Source: Verrucomicrobiota bacterium
GTDB lineage: Bacteria > Verrucomicrobiota > Verrucomicrobiia > Limisphaerales > AAA164-E04
Length of the DNA: 64,000 bases
Assembly: GCA_047947115.1 (NCBI GenBank)
Contig: CP170459.1
Coordinates: forward strand, 5,472,001 to 5,536,000
Reading direction: 5' to 3'
Position 1 is the first letter of the stretch. Each line of letters starts with the position of its first letter. The notes under the pieces are model-generated. The model saw only the letters and a program-made list of their open reading frames with translations, was not told where the DNA came from and did not search any database. Below are positions 52,391 to 63,200 of the stretch, piece by piece. Made by a program: the position numbers and the translations under genes.

Positions 52391-53803
52391 TCAGGAAATG
52401 GTCGGAGTTTTGCCGATCATCTTGGACGGAACCACCCATTCATCAAATTCGGCGTCGGTTAGCAATTTCAACTCAATGGCGGCCTGCCGCAACGTCGAGT
52501 TTTCGGCATGGGCTTTCTTGGCGATCTTGGCGGCGTTTTCGTAGCCGATCTTCGGGTTCAGGGCCGTCACCAACATGAGAGAGTTTTCCAGATTGTTCTG
52601 AATTTCCACCTTGTTGGGTTCGAGGCCGATGGCGCAATGATCATTGAAGGATTGGCATGCATCACCCAGATTGCGAGCTGCCATCAGGAAGTTGAAAATC
52701 ATCACGGGCTTGAAAACATTCAACTCGAAATGACCGTTCATTCCCCCGATAGTAATGGCCGCATCATTGCCGATCACCTGAGCACACACCATGGTCAAGG
52801 CTTCGCATTGAGTGGGGTTCACTTTACCGGGCATGATGGACGAACCTGGTTCGTTGTCAGGGATGATCACCTCTCCAATACCGCAACGCGGTCCGGATGC
52901 CAGCATGCGGATGTCATTTCCGATCTTCATCAAGCTCACCGCAAGAGTCTTCAAGGCGCCACTGGCTTCAACGATGGCATCGTGGGCTGCCAATGCTTCG
53001 AATTTATTGTCCGCGGTACGGAAGGGCAGTCCGGTCAGGCCGGCAATTTTCTCGGCGACCTTGACATCGAATTCAGGAGGCGTGTTCAAACCGGTTCCAA
53101 CAGCGGTACCGCCCAGAGCCAACTCCGACAAGTGATCCAAGCTTCGCTCCAGCGACTTTAGCCCATGATCCAACTGGCTGACATAACCCGAAAGTTCCTG
53201 CCCCAATGTCAAAGGCGTGGCATCCATGAAATGGGTGCGCCCAATCTTGACCACATCCATGAAGGCACGGGCTTTCTGAGCGAGGGTTTCCCTCAGCACT
53301 TTCACCTTGGGCAAGGTGGTTTCCACCAGCATGGTGTATGCGGCGATGTGCATGGCGGTGGGAAAAGTATCATTGGAGGACTGGGATTTATTGACGTCAT
53401 CGTTTGGATGCAAGGCTTTGGCCGCATCGGTCAAACCGCCTCCCTGAAGCACATGCGCACGGTTGGCCACGACTTCGTTGACGTTCATGTTGCTCTGGGT
53501 GCCGCTGCCGGTCTGCCAGACCACCAACGGGAACTGATCGTCCAAAGCGCCGTCCAGGATTTCGTCACAAGCCTTTGCGATCAACTCCGCCTTTTCGGCC
53601 GGCAACACACCGCAGTCCTGATTGGTCAATGCGGCCGCCTTTTTAAGATAGGCAAATGCACGAATGATTTCTTGGGGCATTTTCTGCTCCCCGATCTTGA
53701 AGTTTTGCAATGATCGCTGTGTTTGAGCCCCCCAGTAGGCGGCTTCGGGGACCTGAACCTCCCCCATGGTATCCTTTTCGATTCGATAACGCTGTTCTGT
53801 CAT
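52391..53803 (-). CDS. fumC: Class II fumarate hydratase
   Basis: [34 protein letters not shown]. Confidence 0.98.
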   Translation of the reverse strand: MTEQRYRIEKDTMGEVQVPEAAYWGAQTQRSLQNFKIGEQKMPQEIIRAFAYLKKAAALTNQDCGVLPAEKAELIAKACDEILDGALDDQFPLVVWQTGSGTQSNMNVNEVVANRAHVLQGGGLTDAAKALHPNDDVNKSQSSNDTFPTAMHIAAYTMLVETTLPKVKVLRETLAQKARAFMDVVKIGRTHFMDATPLTLGQELSGYVSQLDHGLKSLERSLDHLSELALGGTAVGTGLNTPPEFDVKVAEKIAGLTGLPFRTADNKFEALAAHDAIVEASGALKTLAVSLMKIGNDIRMLASGPRCGIGEVIIPDNEPGSSIMPGKVNPTQCEALTMVCAQVIGNDAAITIGGMNGHFELNVFKPVMIFNFLMAARNLGDACQSFNDHCAIGLEPNKVEIQNNLENSLMLVTALNPKIGYENAAKIAKKAHAENSTLRQAAIELKLLTDAEFDEWVVPSKMIGKTPTIS

Positions 53804-53860
53804 ATATTTAAAAAAATCTTGAAATCAAGCCATTCGCTTATGCCCAGCAGAAGCGGGAAT

Positions 53861-54550
53861 TCAGGGTGCCTCCGTTTCGGATTCCTTTTTCTTCAAGCGT
53901 TTTTTAACTTCCGCCGAAGTGGATACAAGCTCCGGGATATCGGTGGATCGCCATTTGATGAGCCCCAGCAATTGATATTGATTGAATTTGGCCCGACCAT
54001 CTCCTTCCTGAGAGTCCATGAGCTGCAATCCATTGTCCACTTTGTAAACCGCAAGGGCAAAACTCGCGATGGAATCGGCCATCTGAGCTTTGAAGAGAGC
54101 CAGTTCAGGTGATTCCACACGCCCAGCGAGCGGGATGGGAATATCCATGGCGGGAATACCCACGAGAGAAGTTCGGGTATCCAGTCCCAGCCCGCGATTG
54201 CGGGGCTCGACAATATATTGAGCCTTGTCGGCAGATGCCACAAGCACCGCCCCTTCCTCGGCAAGTTTCTCACGAATCGCCCCCATGACATAGGAGGCAT
54301 CAACACTGTCGAAGTAACCGGGATCCACAAAAACCTTTTGCCCCAGCAACAAATCAAACTCCATTTCTTCCAGAGCATGATCGGCTGAATGGCTCAAAAG
54401 CAGCAATTCCGTAGCCGTCCGCTTGGGTTCGGTCAAAGAAGAAGTATGACACCCGGTCGCCAAAAACCCAAACATCCCCAACACCATCCCTTTCACGGCC
54501 CAATCAAACATATCATTTCGTAAAACTCTCATAACTCCAAAAAATTCCAT
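53861..54550 (-). CDS. Putative lipoprotein (DUF6655-like)
   Basis: Lipobox-like LATGC; RTATELLLLS. Confidence 0.65.
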   Translation of the reverse strand: MEFFGVMRVLRNDMFDWAVKGMVLGMFGFLATGCHTSSLTEPKRTATELLLLSHSADHALEEMEFDLLLGQKVFVDPGYFDSVDASYVMGAIREKLAEEGAVLVASADKAQYIVEPRNRGLGLDTRTSLVGIPAMDIPIPLAGRVESPELALFKAQMADSIASFALAVYKVDNGLQLMDSQEGDGRAKFNQYQLLGLIKWRSTDIPELVSTSAEVKKRLKKKESETEAP

Positions 54551-54583
54551 TCTTTCACATGGCCACTTTCTTTCGAACGCAGC

Positions 54584-55540
54584 TCAATTGACATCCCCCA
54601 TTTTCTGTTCCAAACTCGCCACTTTTCCGCCACTGACCAGGAAAAGCACCGCCATACGAACAGCCAACCCGTTGGTCACCTGTTCCAGCACCACACTGCG
54701 CTCGCTATCTGCGATTTCACTCTCAATCTCCACGCCACGGTTGATCGGTCCGGGATGCATGATCATGGCATCCGGCTTTAACCAGGCCAAACGTTCCTGA
54801 TTCAACCCGAACAGTTTGGAATACTCGCCAAGGCTGGGAAACATGCTGTGCTGCTGACGTTCGTGCTGGATGCGCAATAAGTTGATAATGTCCGCGTTGG
54901 ACAGGGCCTCTTTGACATCATAAGTCACTTTGCAGCCCATGGATTCCAAAGACTTGGGAACCAGAGTCGGCGGCCCGCACAGAGTCACCCTGGCTCCCAG
55001 CTTCTGCAGTCCCCAGATGTTGCTCCTGGCGACACGACTGAAAAGGATATCTCCCAGAATGGTCACTTCCTTGCCTTGCAAATCCCCCTTCTTCTCACGC
55101 ATGGTGTAAAGATCCAGGAGGGCTTGGGTTGGGTGAGAGTGAGCACCGTCACCGGCATTCACGATGGAAGATTCCACCACACGCGACAGGAAATGGGCCG
55201 CACCGGCGGAACTATGTCGAATGATGACGATATCCGCAGTCAAAGCTTCCAGATTTCGGATGGTGTCCTTGAGTGTTTCCCCTTTTTTGAAAGAAGAGGC
55301 CTCTGCTGTGAAATTGATGATATCCGCGTTCAAACGCTGAGCGGCCAGCTCAAAACTCACTCGTGTGCGCGTGGATGGCTCCACAAACAGATTGACGACC
55401 GTTTTGCCTCGAAGCGCGGGGACTTTCTTGATGGAGCGACGTCCAACCTGCTTGAATCCCTTGGCCGTGTCCAGCACGGTGAGGATTTCTTCTTTCGAAA
55501 GGCTATAGATATCAAGAAGATGCTTCCGGTTCCAACTCAT
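54584..55540 (-). CDS. pyrB: Aspartate carbamoyltransferase catalytic subunit
   Basis: EPSTRTRVSFE, HPTQALLD, RIQHER, MHPGPINRGVE. Confidence 0.97.
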   Translation of the reverse strand: MSWNRKHLLDIYSLSKEEILTVLDTAKGFKQVGRRSIKKVPALRGKTVVNLFVEPSTRTRVSFELAAQRLNADIINFTAEASSFKKGETLKDTIRNLEALTADIVIIRHSSAGAAHFLSRVVESSIVNAGDGAHSHPTQALLDLYTMREKKGDLQGKEVTILGDILFSRVARSNIWGLQKLGARVTLCGPPTLVPKSLESMGCKVTYDVKEALSNADIINLLRIQHERQQHSMFPSLGEYSKLFGLNQERLAWLKPDAMIMHPGPINRGVEIESEIADSERSVVLEQVTNGLAVRMAVLFLVSGGKVASLEQKMGDVN

Positions 55541-56088
55541 TTGAGGGTCAAATATACCTGAAGCCCTCCATCCTCTTCCAGAGATTTCACAACAATTAAT
55601 TGATCATCCTCAATATCCAGCTTGCGACCGACATAATCCGGCTGGATAGGCAGTCGACGCTGACCACGATCAAATAAGACGGCCAGCTGTATGGATCGAG
55701 GACGACCAAAATCCCTCAAAGCATCCAATGCCGCCCGAGTAGTACGGCCACTTTGCAAGACGTCATCCACCAGAATGACATCCATGTCGTCCAAATGATC
55801 CGGAATACTTGTTGGCTGGATGTGCGGCACAGGGTTGGCTCCCAGATCATCGCGAAACATCCCGATATCCAGTTCACCGGTTGAAATGTCTTTGGAAGAC
55901 CATGACTGCTTGAGCAATCGAAATATGGCGTCCTTCACGAGAACCCCTTTTTGTTGAATACCAATGATCACCAACGAATCAGGAGTCACATGACAAGCCC
56001 GGATGGCATCCGACATGGAAACCAGCATGGACTGCACCTCGTCGGCATCAAACATCAATCTATCAATGGCAATCTGTTCCGTGTTCAT
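55537..56088 (-). CDS. pyrR: Bifunctional pyrimidine regulator PyrR / uracil phosphoribosyltransferase
   Basis: LDIGMFRDD, ILVDDVLQSGRTTRAALDAL, RRLPIQPDYVG. Confidence 0.92.
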   Translation of the reverse strand: MNTEQIAIDRLMFDADEVQSMLVSMSDAIRACHVTPDSLVIIGIQQKGVLVKDAIFRLLKQSWSSKDISTGELDIGMFRDDLGANPVPHIQPTSIPDHLDDMDVILVDDVLQSGRTTRAALDALRDFGRPRSIQLAVLFDRGQRRLPIQPDYVGRKLDIEDDQLIVVKSLEEDGGLQVYLTLK

Positions 56089-56184
56089 AGAAATAAGAAA
56101 AGCAAATCTTGTTCCGACAATTACATTGTCATCAAAAACCAACCTGAAATGCGGGATGTTGGAAAAATCAGGAAGCAAGGAAGA

Positions 56185-56400
56185 TTAATCGACGATCTGA
56201 CGAGATTTCCTCCAGGAGGGGCGGTAATTCACAATCCAATCCACCAGTGCCTGGTCAAAACCAATATCACGACCGAGTTTCTCTGATTCGATCCACTTGT
56301 GTTTGAGGACTTCTTCGCGCTCGGCCTGAAACTCCTTGTAAAGGGAAAGATTCCTGACCAGCTCGATTTTTCTCGAATCATGCTGAGTTATTTGAGCCAT
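56185..56400 (-). CDS. Small conserved protein (DUF4032-like)
   Basis: EREEVLKHKWIESEKLGRDIGFDQALVDW. Confidence 0.75.
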   Translation of the reverse strand: MAQITQHDSRKIELVRNLSLYKEFQAEREEVLKHKWIESEKLGRDIGFDQALVDWIVNYRPSWRKSRQIVD

Positions 56401-56645
56401 GGCAAACGGGTGATTGAATTGAGGGATAGATCGTATCACCGCGATAAAGGGGATTCAACCAGAATTCTGAAAAAAACATGGGCCCAAGCCTGCAGAAGGA
56501 ATATGTTCGTAATGCTCATGGACATCGAGAAAACCGGCCGCATATGGAGCGTATGGAAATCGACAGGTCTTCCACGCTTATTCTGGTTAAGAAACATCCT
56601 CCCTGAAAGCACGGATTTGGGCATTTCCAACATCGATTGCCATCC

Positions 56646-56673
56646 TTGACATCCTAAGGGCACTTGCTATGCT
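56646..56673 (+). promoter_or_regulatory. Sigma70 promoter of the rpmH operon
   Basis: TTGACA-N16-TATGCT with extended -10 TG. Confidence 0.6.
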
Positions 56674-56767
56674 TCCGCGCTCGATTTTTGGCGAGATGAG
56701 CCATTTTTCGATTGAAACCGAATGAGTTACATTCGGAACGGATCACTTTGACACAAGAAAACTTAGT

Positions 56768-56905
56768 ATGAAAAGAACGTATCAGCCATCCAAAATTCGT
56801 AGAAAACGTCAGCACGGCTTCCTGAGCCGCATGCGCACCAATAGTGGTCGCGGCATTCTGAATGCTCGCCGCCGATCAGGTCGCAAACGCCTGACACCGG
56901 CATAA
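56768..56905 (+). CDS. rpmH: 50S ribosomal protein L34
   Basis: Below ORF cutoff; [45 protein letters not shown]. Confidence 0.97.
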   Translation: MKRTYQPSKIRRKRQHGFLSRMRTNSGRGILNARRRSGRKRLTPA

Positions 56906-56913
56906 GGATATGC

Positions 56914-57303
56914 ATGAATGGCACTGGGCCAGGCGTTCCAAATCCCGCTGAGAAAAAACGATTTAGGAAGCACCAGCGAATCCGGTACAGCTCCGAATTC
57001 CAGCGTGCCAGGGACAAAGGACGCAGGTGGGTGCATGGTTGCTTGATTGCGAATTGGCAAAGCACGCAGGATAGGACCTTTTCCCGACTGGGAGTCATTA
57101 CCAGTAAAAAAATCGGAAAAGCGCACGTCCGGAATCGGGCCAGGCGTTTGATGCGGGAATCCTATCGGCAAATGCAACACCAGCTCAAAGCCCCCATCGA
57201 CCTGATCCTTGTCGCCCGAAAGTCGATTGCAACCATGAAGCAACAACAGGTGGAAAAGGATCTTCGCAATATTCTGAAGCGTCACCACTTGGTGGAGGAT
57301 TGA
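56914..57303 (+). CDS. rnpA: Ribonuclease P protein component
   Basis: RLGVITSKKIGKAHVRNRARRLMRESYR; synteny. Confidence 0.95.
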   Translation: MNGTGPGVPNPAEKKRFRKHQRIRYSSEFQRARDKGRRWVHGCLIANWQSTQDRTFSRLGVITSKKIGKAHVRNRARRLMRESYRQMQHQLKAPIDLILVARKSIATMKQQQVEKDLRNILKRHHLVED

Positions 57304-57306
57304 TTG

Positions 57307-57654
57307 ATGAAGTGGCTGCGATCCATTGCCTGCTTACCCATCCGTATCTATCAGTGGACCCTTTCACCCTTGAAACAAGCCCTGCTCGGCCCCGGATCCG
57401 GGTGCCGATACCGGCCGACTTGTTCCAACTATGCGATTGAGGCCATCAAGCGCCATGGGATCTTGAAAGGTGCCTGGCTGGGATCCAAACGCATTCTGCG
57501 GTGCCACCCTTGGGGCGGGCACGGCTTGGACCCTGTACCACCTTGCAACGACCACGAGCACCAAGGCCCCGATCATCAAACAGACATGGATCTTTCATCC
57601 AAAAGGAACAACGACCACCTATCCAACCGTGGATGGGGTCACGTTGTGAACTGA
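57307..57654 (+). CDS. yidD: Membrane protein insertion efficiency factor
   Basis: [11 protein letters not shown]...[17 protein letters not shown]. Confidence 0.95.
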   Translation: MKWLRSIACLPIRIYQWTLSPLKQALLGPGSGCRYRPTCSNYAIEAIKRHGILKGAWLGSKRILRCHPWGGHGLDPVPPCNDHEHQGPDHQTDMDLSSKRNNDHLSNRGWGHVVN

Positions 57655-57713
57655 TCATTGGACGATCCCGGCTAGAACATTCACTCCACATTTGACCGAA
57701 TCGAAATTATCTC

Positions 57714-59603
57714 ATGGATCGTAAATCCATCTTCATACTCGTCTTATCCATTGCCGGACTCCTTCTCTGGTTCCCACTGGTAAACAAACTATATCCACCA
57801 CAGGAACCCTCGCCGGAACAGTCAGTTGACAGTTCCGGACAAACCGGGACCGAGAACGGAACAGCGGGGGCTTTAGCCAACCTGTCCGAAGCGGCCGCGC
57901 TGGATCAAGAAAACGCCACAGCACCGGCAATCTCAGCTCCCAACCCCGGCTCGCAGGCAACCACCCTCACCCCGACAACGGCGGAAACCGAATTGACGTG
58001 GGCGAATGAAGACATCGAATACCTTTTCACTTCGCAAGGCGGCGGCATCAAAACGGTTACTCTGAAGCAGTTTGATGAGACCACCACATGTGACGACGAG
58101 GAAGCAGGCACTGAAACCGAGAAAGTAAAGTTAAACGCAGGTGTCCTGACTCCGGCGCTCAACATCTACTTCGATCGCCTCGATAATGGTTTTCTGCCTT
58201 TTGTTCTGAGTGAAACCGAAAACAGCGTCGCTGCGGAATATGTGGGCTCCGATGGCATACGCATTCAAAAAACCTTTGAGCCGGGAACAAATTACGTCAT
58301 TCAAGCGACGATTCGCATTGAAAACACCAGCGCAGAACCCCGCAACCTCCCCGAGCGATTTTTGGTCACAGGCACGGCGACCCCCGCCTCCGTGGAAGAT
58401 ACCGGCATGCATATGGGATTGCGATACTACAATGGGGACGATGCAGAAGAGGTCAAGGAAAGTTGGTTTGCCAACCGCACGCTCGGCTGCTTCCCAGGAA
58501 CCCCCCGCACCCTCTACCCGTCCGAACCCGGCGCCGTTCACTGGGCCTCGGTGGAAAATCAATTCTTCGCGATGATCGCGATCCCTGATGAACCCGCCCC
58601 CGGATTGGTGACCGAACAGCTTTTGCTCCCGGTGCCCGGACCCGATGTCATAGCCGAGCACCCCAAGGCCAACAAGGCTCCAAAAGCTTACCAAAATGCC
58701 CTCACCTACCCGGCGCAGACTCTACAGCCCGGCGAGTTCATTGAACAAACTTTCCAACTGTTCACCGGCCCCAAGGAATACAACACCCTGGCAAAATTCA
58801 GCAAGCAAACGGGACATGAAATCGATTCGGTCATGGGGTTTGATGGATTCTTTGGTTTCTTCGCCAAGATCCTGCTGCTGTCCATGAACGGATTGAATGG
58901 CTTTGGTCTGAGCTATGGATTTGCCATTGTCGTCATTACCGTGATCGTCAAACTCCTGTTCTGGCCATTGACCCAGGCCAGCACGCGGTCCATGAAACGG
59001 ATGTCCGCCCTTCAACCGCAAATGAAGGCGCTCCAGGACAAATACAAGGATGATCCCCAGAAAATGAACCGCAAACTCATGGAGTTCATGCGGGAAAACA
59101 AAGTCAGCCCCCTGGGTGGATGCCTGCCGATCCTTCTCCAATTGCCTGTCTTCTTTGGATTCTACGCCATGCTGCAAAGCGCCATCGAACTGCGCGGAGC
59201 CAGCTTTCTATGGACGTGTGATCTTTCCAAGCCGGACACCTTGTTCATCATCCCGGCACTGGGGATACCTTTTAATTTGTGGCCCATTCTGATGGGTGCC
59301 GCCCAGTTGTGGCAAACCAGCATGACCCCTCCCTCACCGGGAATGGACCCGGCACAACAGAAGATCATGAGATACATGCCTCTCATGTTTGTCTTCATCC
59401 TCTATAACTTTTCAGCAGGTCTTGCACTTTATTGGACAGTCCAGAACCTGTTATCCATCATCCAAATGAAACTGATTAAAAATGAACCGACCGGACCAAA
59501 ACCCGGGCCGGGAGCAAAACCGACTCCCCCAGCCCCACGGTCGGGATCAGGTCCGGACTGGAGCCAGTCCTACCGAAAAACCAAGAAGAAAAAACAACCA
59601 TAA
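57714..59603 (+). CDS. yidC: Membrane protein insertase YidC
   Basis: GPKEY, GGCLPILLQLPVF, GLALYWTVQN. Confidence 0.96.
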   Translation: MDRKSIFILVLSIAGLLLWFPLVNKLYPPQEPSPEQSVDSSGQTGTENGTAGALANLSEAAALDQENATAPAISAPNPGSQATTLTPTTAETELTWANEDIEYLFTSQGGGIKTVTLKQFDETTTCDDEEAGTETEKVKLNAGVLTPALNIYFDRLDNGFLPFVLSETENSVAAEYVGSDGIRIQKTFEPGTNYVIQATIRIENTSAEPRNLPERFLVTGTATPASVEDTGMHMGLRYYNGDDAEEVKESWFANRTLGCFPGTPRTLYPSEPGAVHWASVENQFFAMIAIPDEPAPGLVTEQLLLPVPGPDVIAEHPKANKAPKAYQNALTYPAQTLQPGEFIEQTFQLFTGPKEYNTLAKFSKQTGHEIDSVMGFDGFFGFFAKILLLSMNGLNGFGLSYGFAIVVITVIVKLLFWPLTQASTRSMKRMSALQPQMKALQDKYKDDPQKMNRKLMEFMRENKVSPLGGCLPILLQLPVFFGFYAMLQSAIELRGASFLWTCDLSKPDTLFIIPALGIPFNLWPILMGAAQLWQTSMTPPSPGMDPAQQKIMRYMPLMFVFILYNFSAGLALYWTVQNLLSIIQMKLIKNEPTGPKPGPGAKPTPPAPRSGSGPDWSQSYRKTKKKKQP

Positions 59604-59630
59604 ACCGTTCTTTAAACATTCCGAAATAAC

Positions 59631-60080
59631 ATGAACGCCAAACCCAAAGAAACACTGGAAGGCTTGCTGGATTCCCTGGGATTCCCATCCACCGTCGTCG
59701 AAACCCATATGGATGACGCCATCTTCCTGGAAATACAAACCGAGGATTCCGGCCGCCTGATCGGACGCCAAGGCCAAACCCTTAGCCAGTTGCAATACGT
59801 CGTCAACCGTCTCCTATTCAAACAGGACCGCAACGTGCCCAAGGTGACACTCGACGTTGGAAACTATCGTTTGAAATCACGCGACTCTCTGGTTGAAAAA
59901 ACCAAAGCCGCCGCCGATAAGGTGCGTCGCTGGGGAGACGTGGTCGAACTGGAACCCATGAACGCCTACGAACGCCGCATCGTCCATCACACACTCAAAG
60001 ACGATCCATCCATCGAAACCCACAGTGTCGAAGTCGAAGGAACGCGCAAGAAAGCCATTCTCCTGAGACCCAAACACTGA
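59631..60080 (+). CDS. jag: Jag/KhpB KH-R3H RNA-binding protein (short form)
   Basis: LIGRQGQTL (KH), PMNAYERRIVH (R3H). Confidence 0.9.
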   Translation: MNAKPKETLEGLLDSLGFPSTVVETHMDDAIFLEIQTEDSGRLIGRQGQTLSQLQYVVNRLLFKQDRNVPKVTLDVGNYRLKSRDSLVEKTKAAADKVRRWGDVVELEPMNAYERRIVHHTLKDDPSIETHSVEVEGTRKKAILLRPKH

Positions 60081-60102
60081 TCAACCAATGACTGATTTCA
60101 AC

Positions 60103-60133
60103 AAAAGCCCGTTCTGAACAGAACGGGCTTTTT
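60103..60133. terminator. Bidirectional rho-independent terminator
   Basis: AAAAGCCCGTTCTG-AA-CAGAACGGGCTTTT between convergent genes. Confidence 0.85.
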
Positions 60134-60224
60134 GTTTTGCAGGATTGAATGAATCCAACATGCGAGACGGAATCCAACGCATGCCAGCCAGTCTTCATGC
60201 TCTTACCCCACCCCATTGATCACC

Positions 60225-63200
60225 TCAAGGTTGCGTATCCTCCGGGAAGTTGATTTTCAATGTAAAGAATCCTGTTTTGGCACCGATCCGAGCTTCTACC
60301 TGAATCCAGGCCTGATTTCCCTCCTGCACACGGACCGAAGGCCATACCTGCCAATCCGTCCCCAACAAGTCGGTCGCATATTCAATGGTCCAAGAACGTG
60401 CGTCCAAATTGGGAGACACAGGAAACCGTAATAAAATAGTTTGTTGAGTCACTCGAATAATCGGCGCCGGGGCTTCATCCGATACCCAGGGGTTGGTCTG
60501 TTGGGCGAATTCTTCAAAATGATTACGCCCGTCCTGATCCGGATCCAGGGAGTATACTGAAGCATCCAGTGGCACCTCCCACTGCTCACTCCATTGCTCA
60601 AACGCGCTCAACACACCTTCAAAATCCTGAATGGAGACGCCCGGATTCGGCCTGGCGGCGAACCATTCGGAAGCGTCGTTTCCATAGGAGTAAATATTCC
60701 GTTTGTGCAGCGAGAACCCACCACCATCTGCGCTGTCAGGCCACAATCCACCATCTCCATAAACGACACGATCGATTCGTATGTATTGGCGCTCGCCTTG
60801 AGCATCCACATCTCCAGGCCGGGACAGTTCCAATTTCTCCCCGCCATTGCTCAGGGCTCCGGCACTCCATGGCAACACACGAGTTCCATCCGGCACTTGA
60901 TAAACAGCGGCGAAAACGTCGGGGTCGAGCGCCAGTATGATGCGTTCGCCGGGACTCATTGTGAGGGGGGCCTCGATCGAAAAGATCATGTCAATCCCAT
61001 CCGTAAACCGCCAAGGCTCGCCAGCATCCTCCTCCCAAAATGTCACGGGCTCGGGCGAAATGTTTGTGAGTTCCAAATATTCCGCTTTAGCATTGCTTTC
61101 AGGATGATACATGATCTCCGAGATCACAATCGGCCCAACGAGAGGGGGACTGTTGATCTTTCCGGGAGTCGGAATGGTCATGGGAACAAAATTAACCAAT
61201 CCGCTGCCGTTTTTTTCATACCTTCCTCTGGAAACACCTGACGCCGAGGGGCCAAAGATTTCCTTTTCCAGATAATCCAGATAAAGTCCATCACCTGGAG
61301 CGAACAATGAAACCGTCTCCCCATTTTCACTCAACGCAAAAGCTATCCTCTTCCCCGGGTGAGATGCGGATACTCCAAAGTGCACATCCTCGTAAAACAC
61401 GGCGAAAGCACCTCCTTCAAGGATCGTTCCGTCGGGAATCTGAAACTTGCGAGGCTGTTCCTCATCGTCACTAAGATACCAACCGCCGATATCCACCGGC
61501 TGTGTTCCCTGATTCAACAGCTCGATCCAGTCGGGTTCTTCGCCATGAGAGTGAGCCATGATTTCGTTGATGACAATCTGGTGAGGTGGGATATAGGGAT
61601 AATCACTTTCCTGAAACTGATAATGCGCGCCAACGTCCGGAAGGGTTCCGTCAAGGTCCCTCCCCAACAGGGGATTGCCCCGATCCAGTGCCAACGAGCC
61701 GGATTTCAACTGAAAATTGTAAGAAGCAGGATCGACGAACCCGGGATCAGCAATGAAGTTTCCTATGCCTTCAAACATCACCGGATCAAACAAGGTATAG
61801 ACCGTATCCGCTGTGGATAAGGAATCCACCGTCACCGGCCTGGTCCCTGATCCGACAATGATGCAACTATCCACCCAAACGCTCCCTCCACCATGCAGAA
61901 GATTCTTTTCGTAAACCGCCACGGCTGTCTCATTGTCAACAAATGTGTTGTGAATCAAATGTGCTTCGGAACCTGTATCTTTGATCCCAACACCCAAAAC
62001 GCATCCGACGATCAGATTCTCCCTGATGTTCACCAGCGAACCTTGCCCGACGGAAATGCCTTTGTCGGAGTTGTTGTAGATCAGGTTCCCTTCAACCAAC
62101 AAATCCACACATTGTTCCCCCACATCGATACCGTCACTATTCGGTCCCCTAAAAGCATAGATGCGATTGCCCCGTATCACACCTCCCACGACGCCATCAA
62201 AATCGATGGCATCCGTATCCGCAGAAGTGTTGCCCAAAAACACACAAACTTCCACGTTACCCCATCCCCGTTTGACATTGATCCCATCACCCGTATGAGG
62301 CGAATGGATGCGGCTATCCATTAAGGTGGTGCGCCCTCCCAAAGCGAAAATGGTGGTTGAAGATTCCAAGTCCAGATGATCAATAACCAACTCGGAATCC
62401 ATATTCGAAATCGCACCTCGATGTCGAACCGGATCCGGTCCCAATCCACCATTGCGCAAGATCAGATGGGAAACATGCTGCACACCCTCGGCCTGCTCAA
62501 ATACTATGCTCCCCCATTGGGTGATGCCATTGCGGGCATGAATCAGGACAGGACGCTCAGCCTCGCCCCGAATATCCAGCTGCCCCCTCACCATCAGATC
62601 CGCCTGCGGTGCCATCCTTATTTCCACACCAGCCTCAACAATCAATTGCCCCCCCCGCTCCACCGCCAAAGATCGTGGTACGATGTAAGGAGAATGCGCG
62701 GCATCCAGAACCAGCAATTCATCCAGCCGCTCGGGCAGCATGGTCTCATCGGATCGTTCAAACAGAGCGGTCCAGTTACGCGCAACGTCCACAACAAATG
62801 ACTGTTCCGCCTCGGAGGACCCGGTTTCTTCCCAGCCTACAAACCGGTAACCTGCCGCACTTTGCGCTTCGAGCTCAGCCGGCACATTTCGAAATAGCTC
62901 GAACGCCATATTGTAATCAGGCAAAGCAGGCACACCGCAGACGGTCACCCTTCCCGCCTCGGGGGGAACGACTTTTATTTGAATGATCGCGGTGTCCCCC
63001 ATCCCCAAATGGTCGCTCATACCACGTCGAGCATGAGGAGCACGATTGCGGGAAAATTCAAGGATTTCATCCAGTTCTGAAGAACGTGTCTCAAGGGATT
63101 GAATCCCCCCATCTTTACGCCACCGGGCAATGTGCTGTTCAATATCGCCTGCAAGTGGAACGTCCAGTTGATGGAGAATATCACGGATCCGGTCCGGATG

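Noticed and set aside
56089..56184. PyrR attenuator upstream of pyrR-pyrB
   Set aside because: No recognisable PyrR-binding loop or terminator/antiterminator pair
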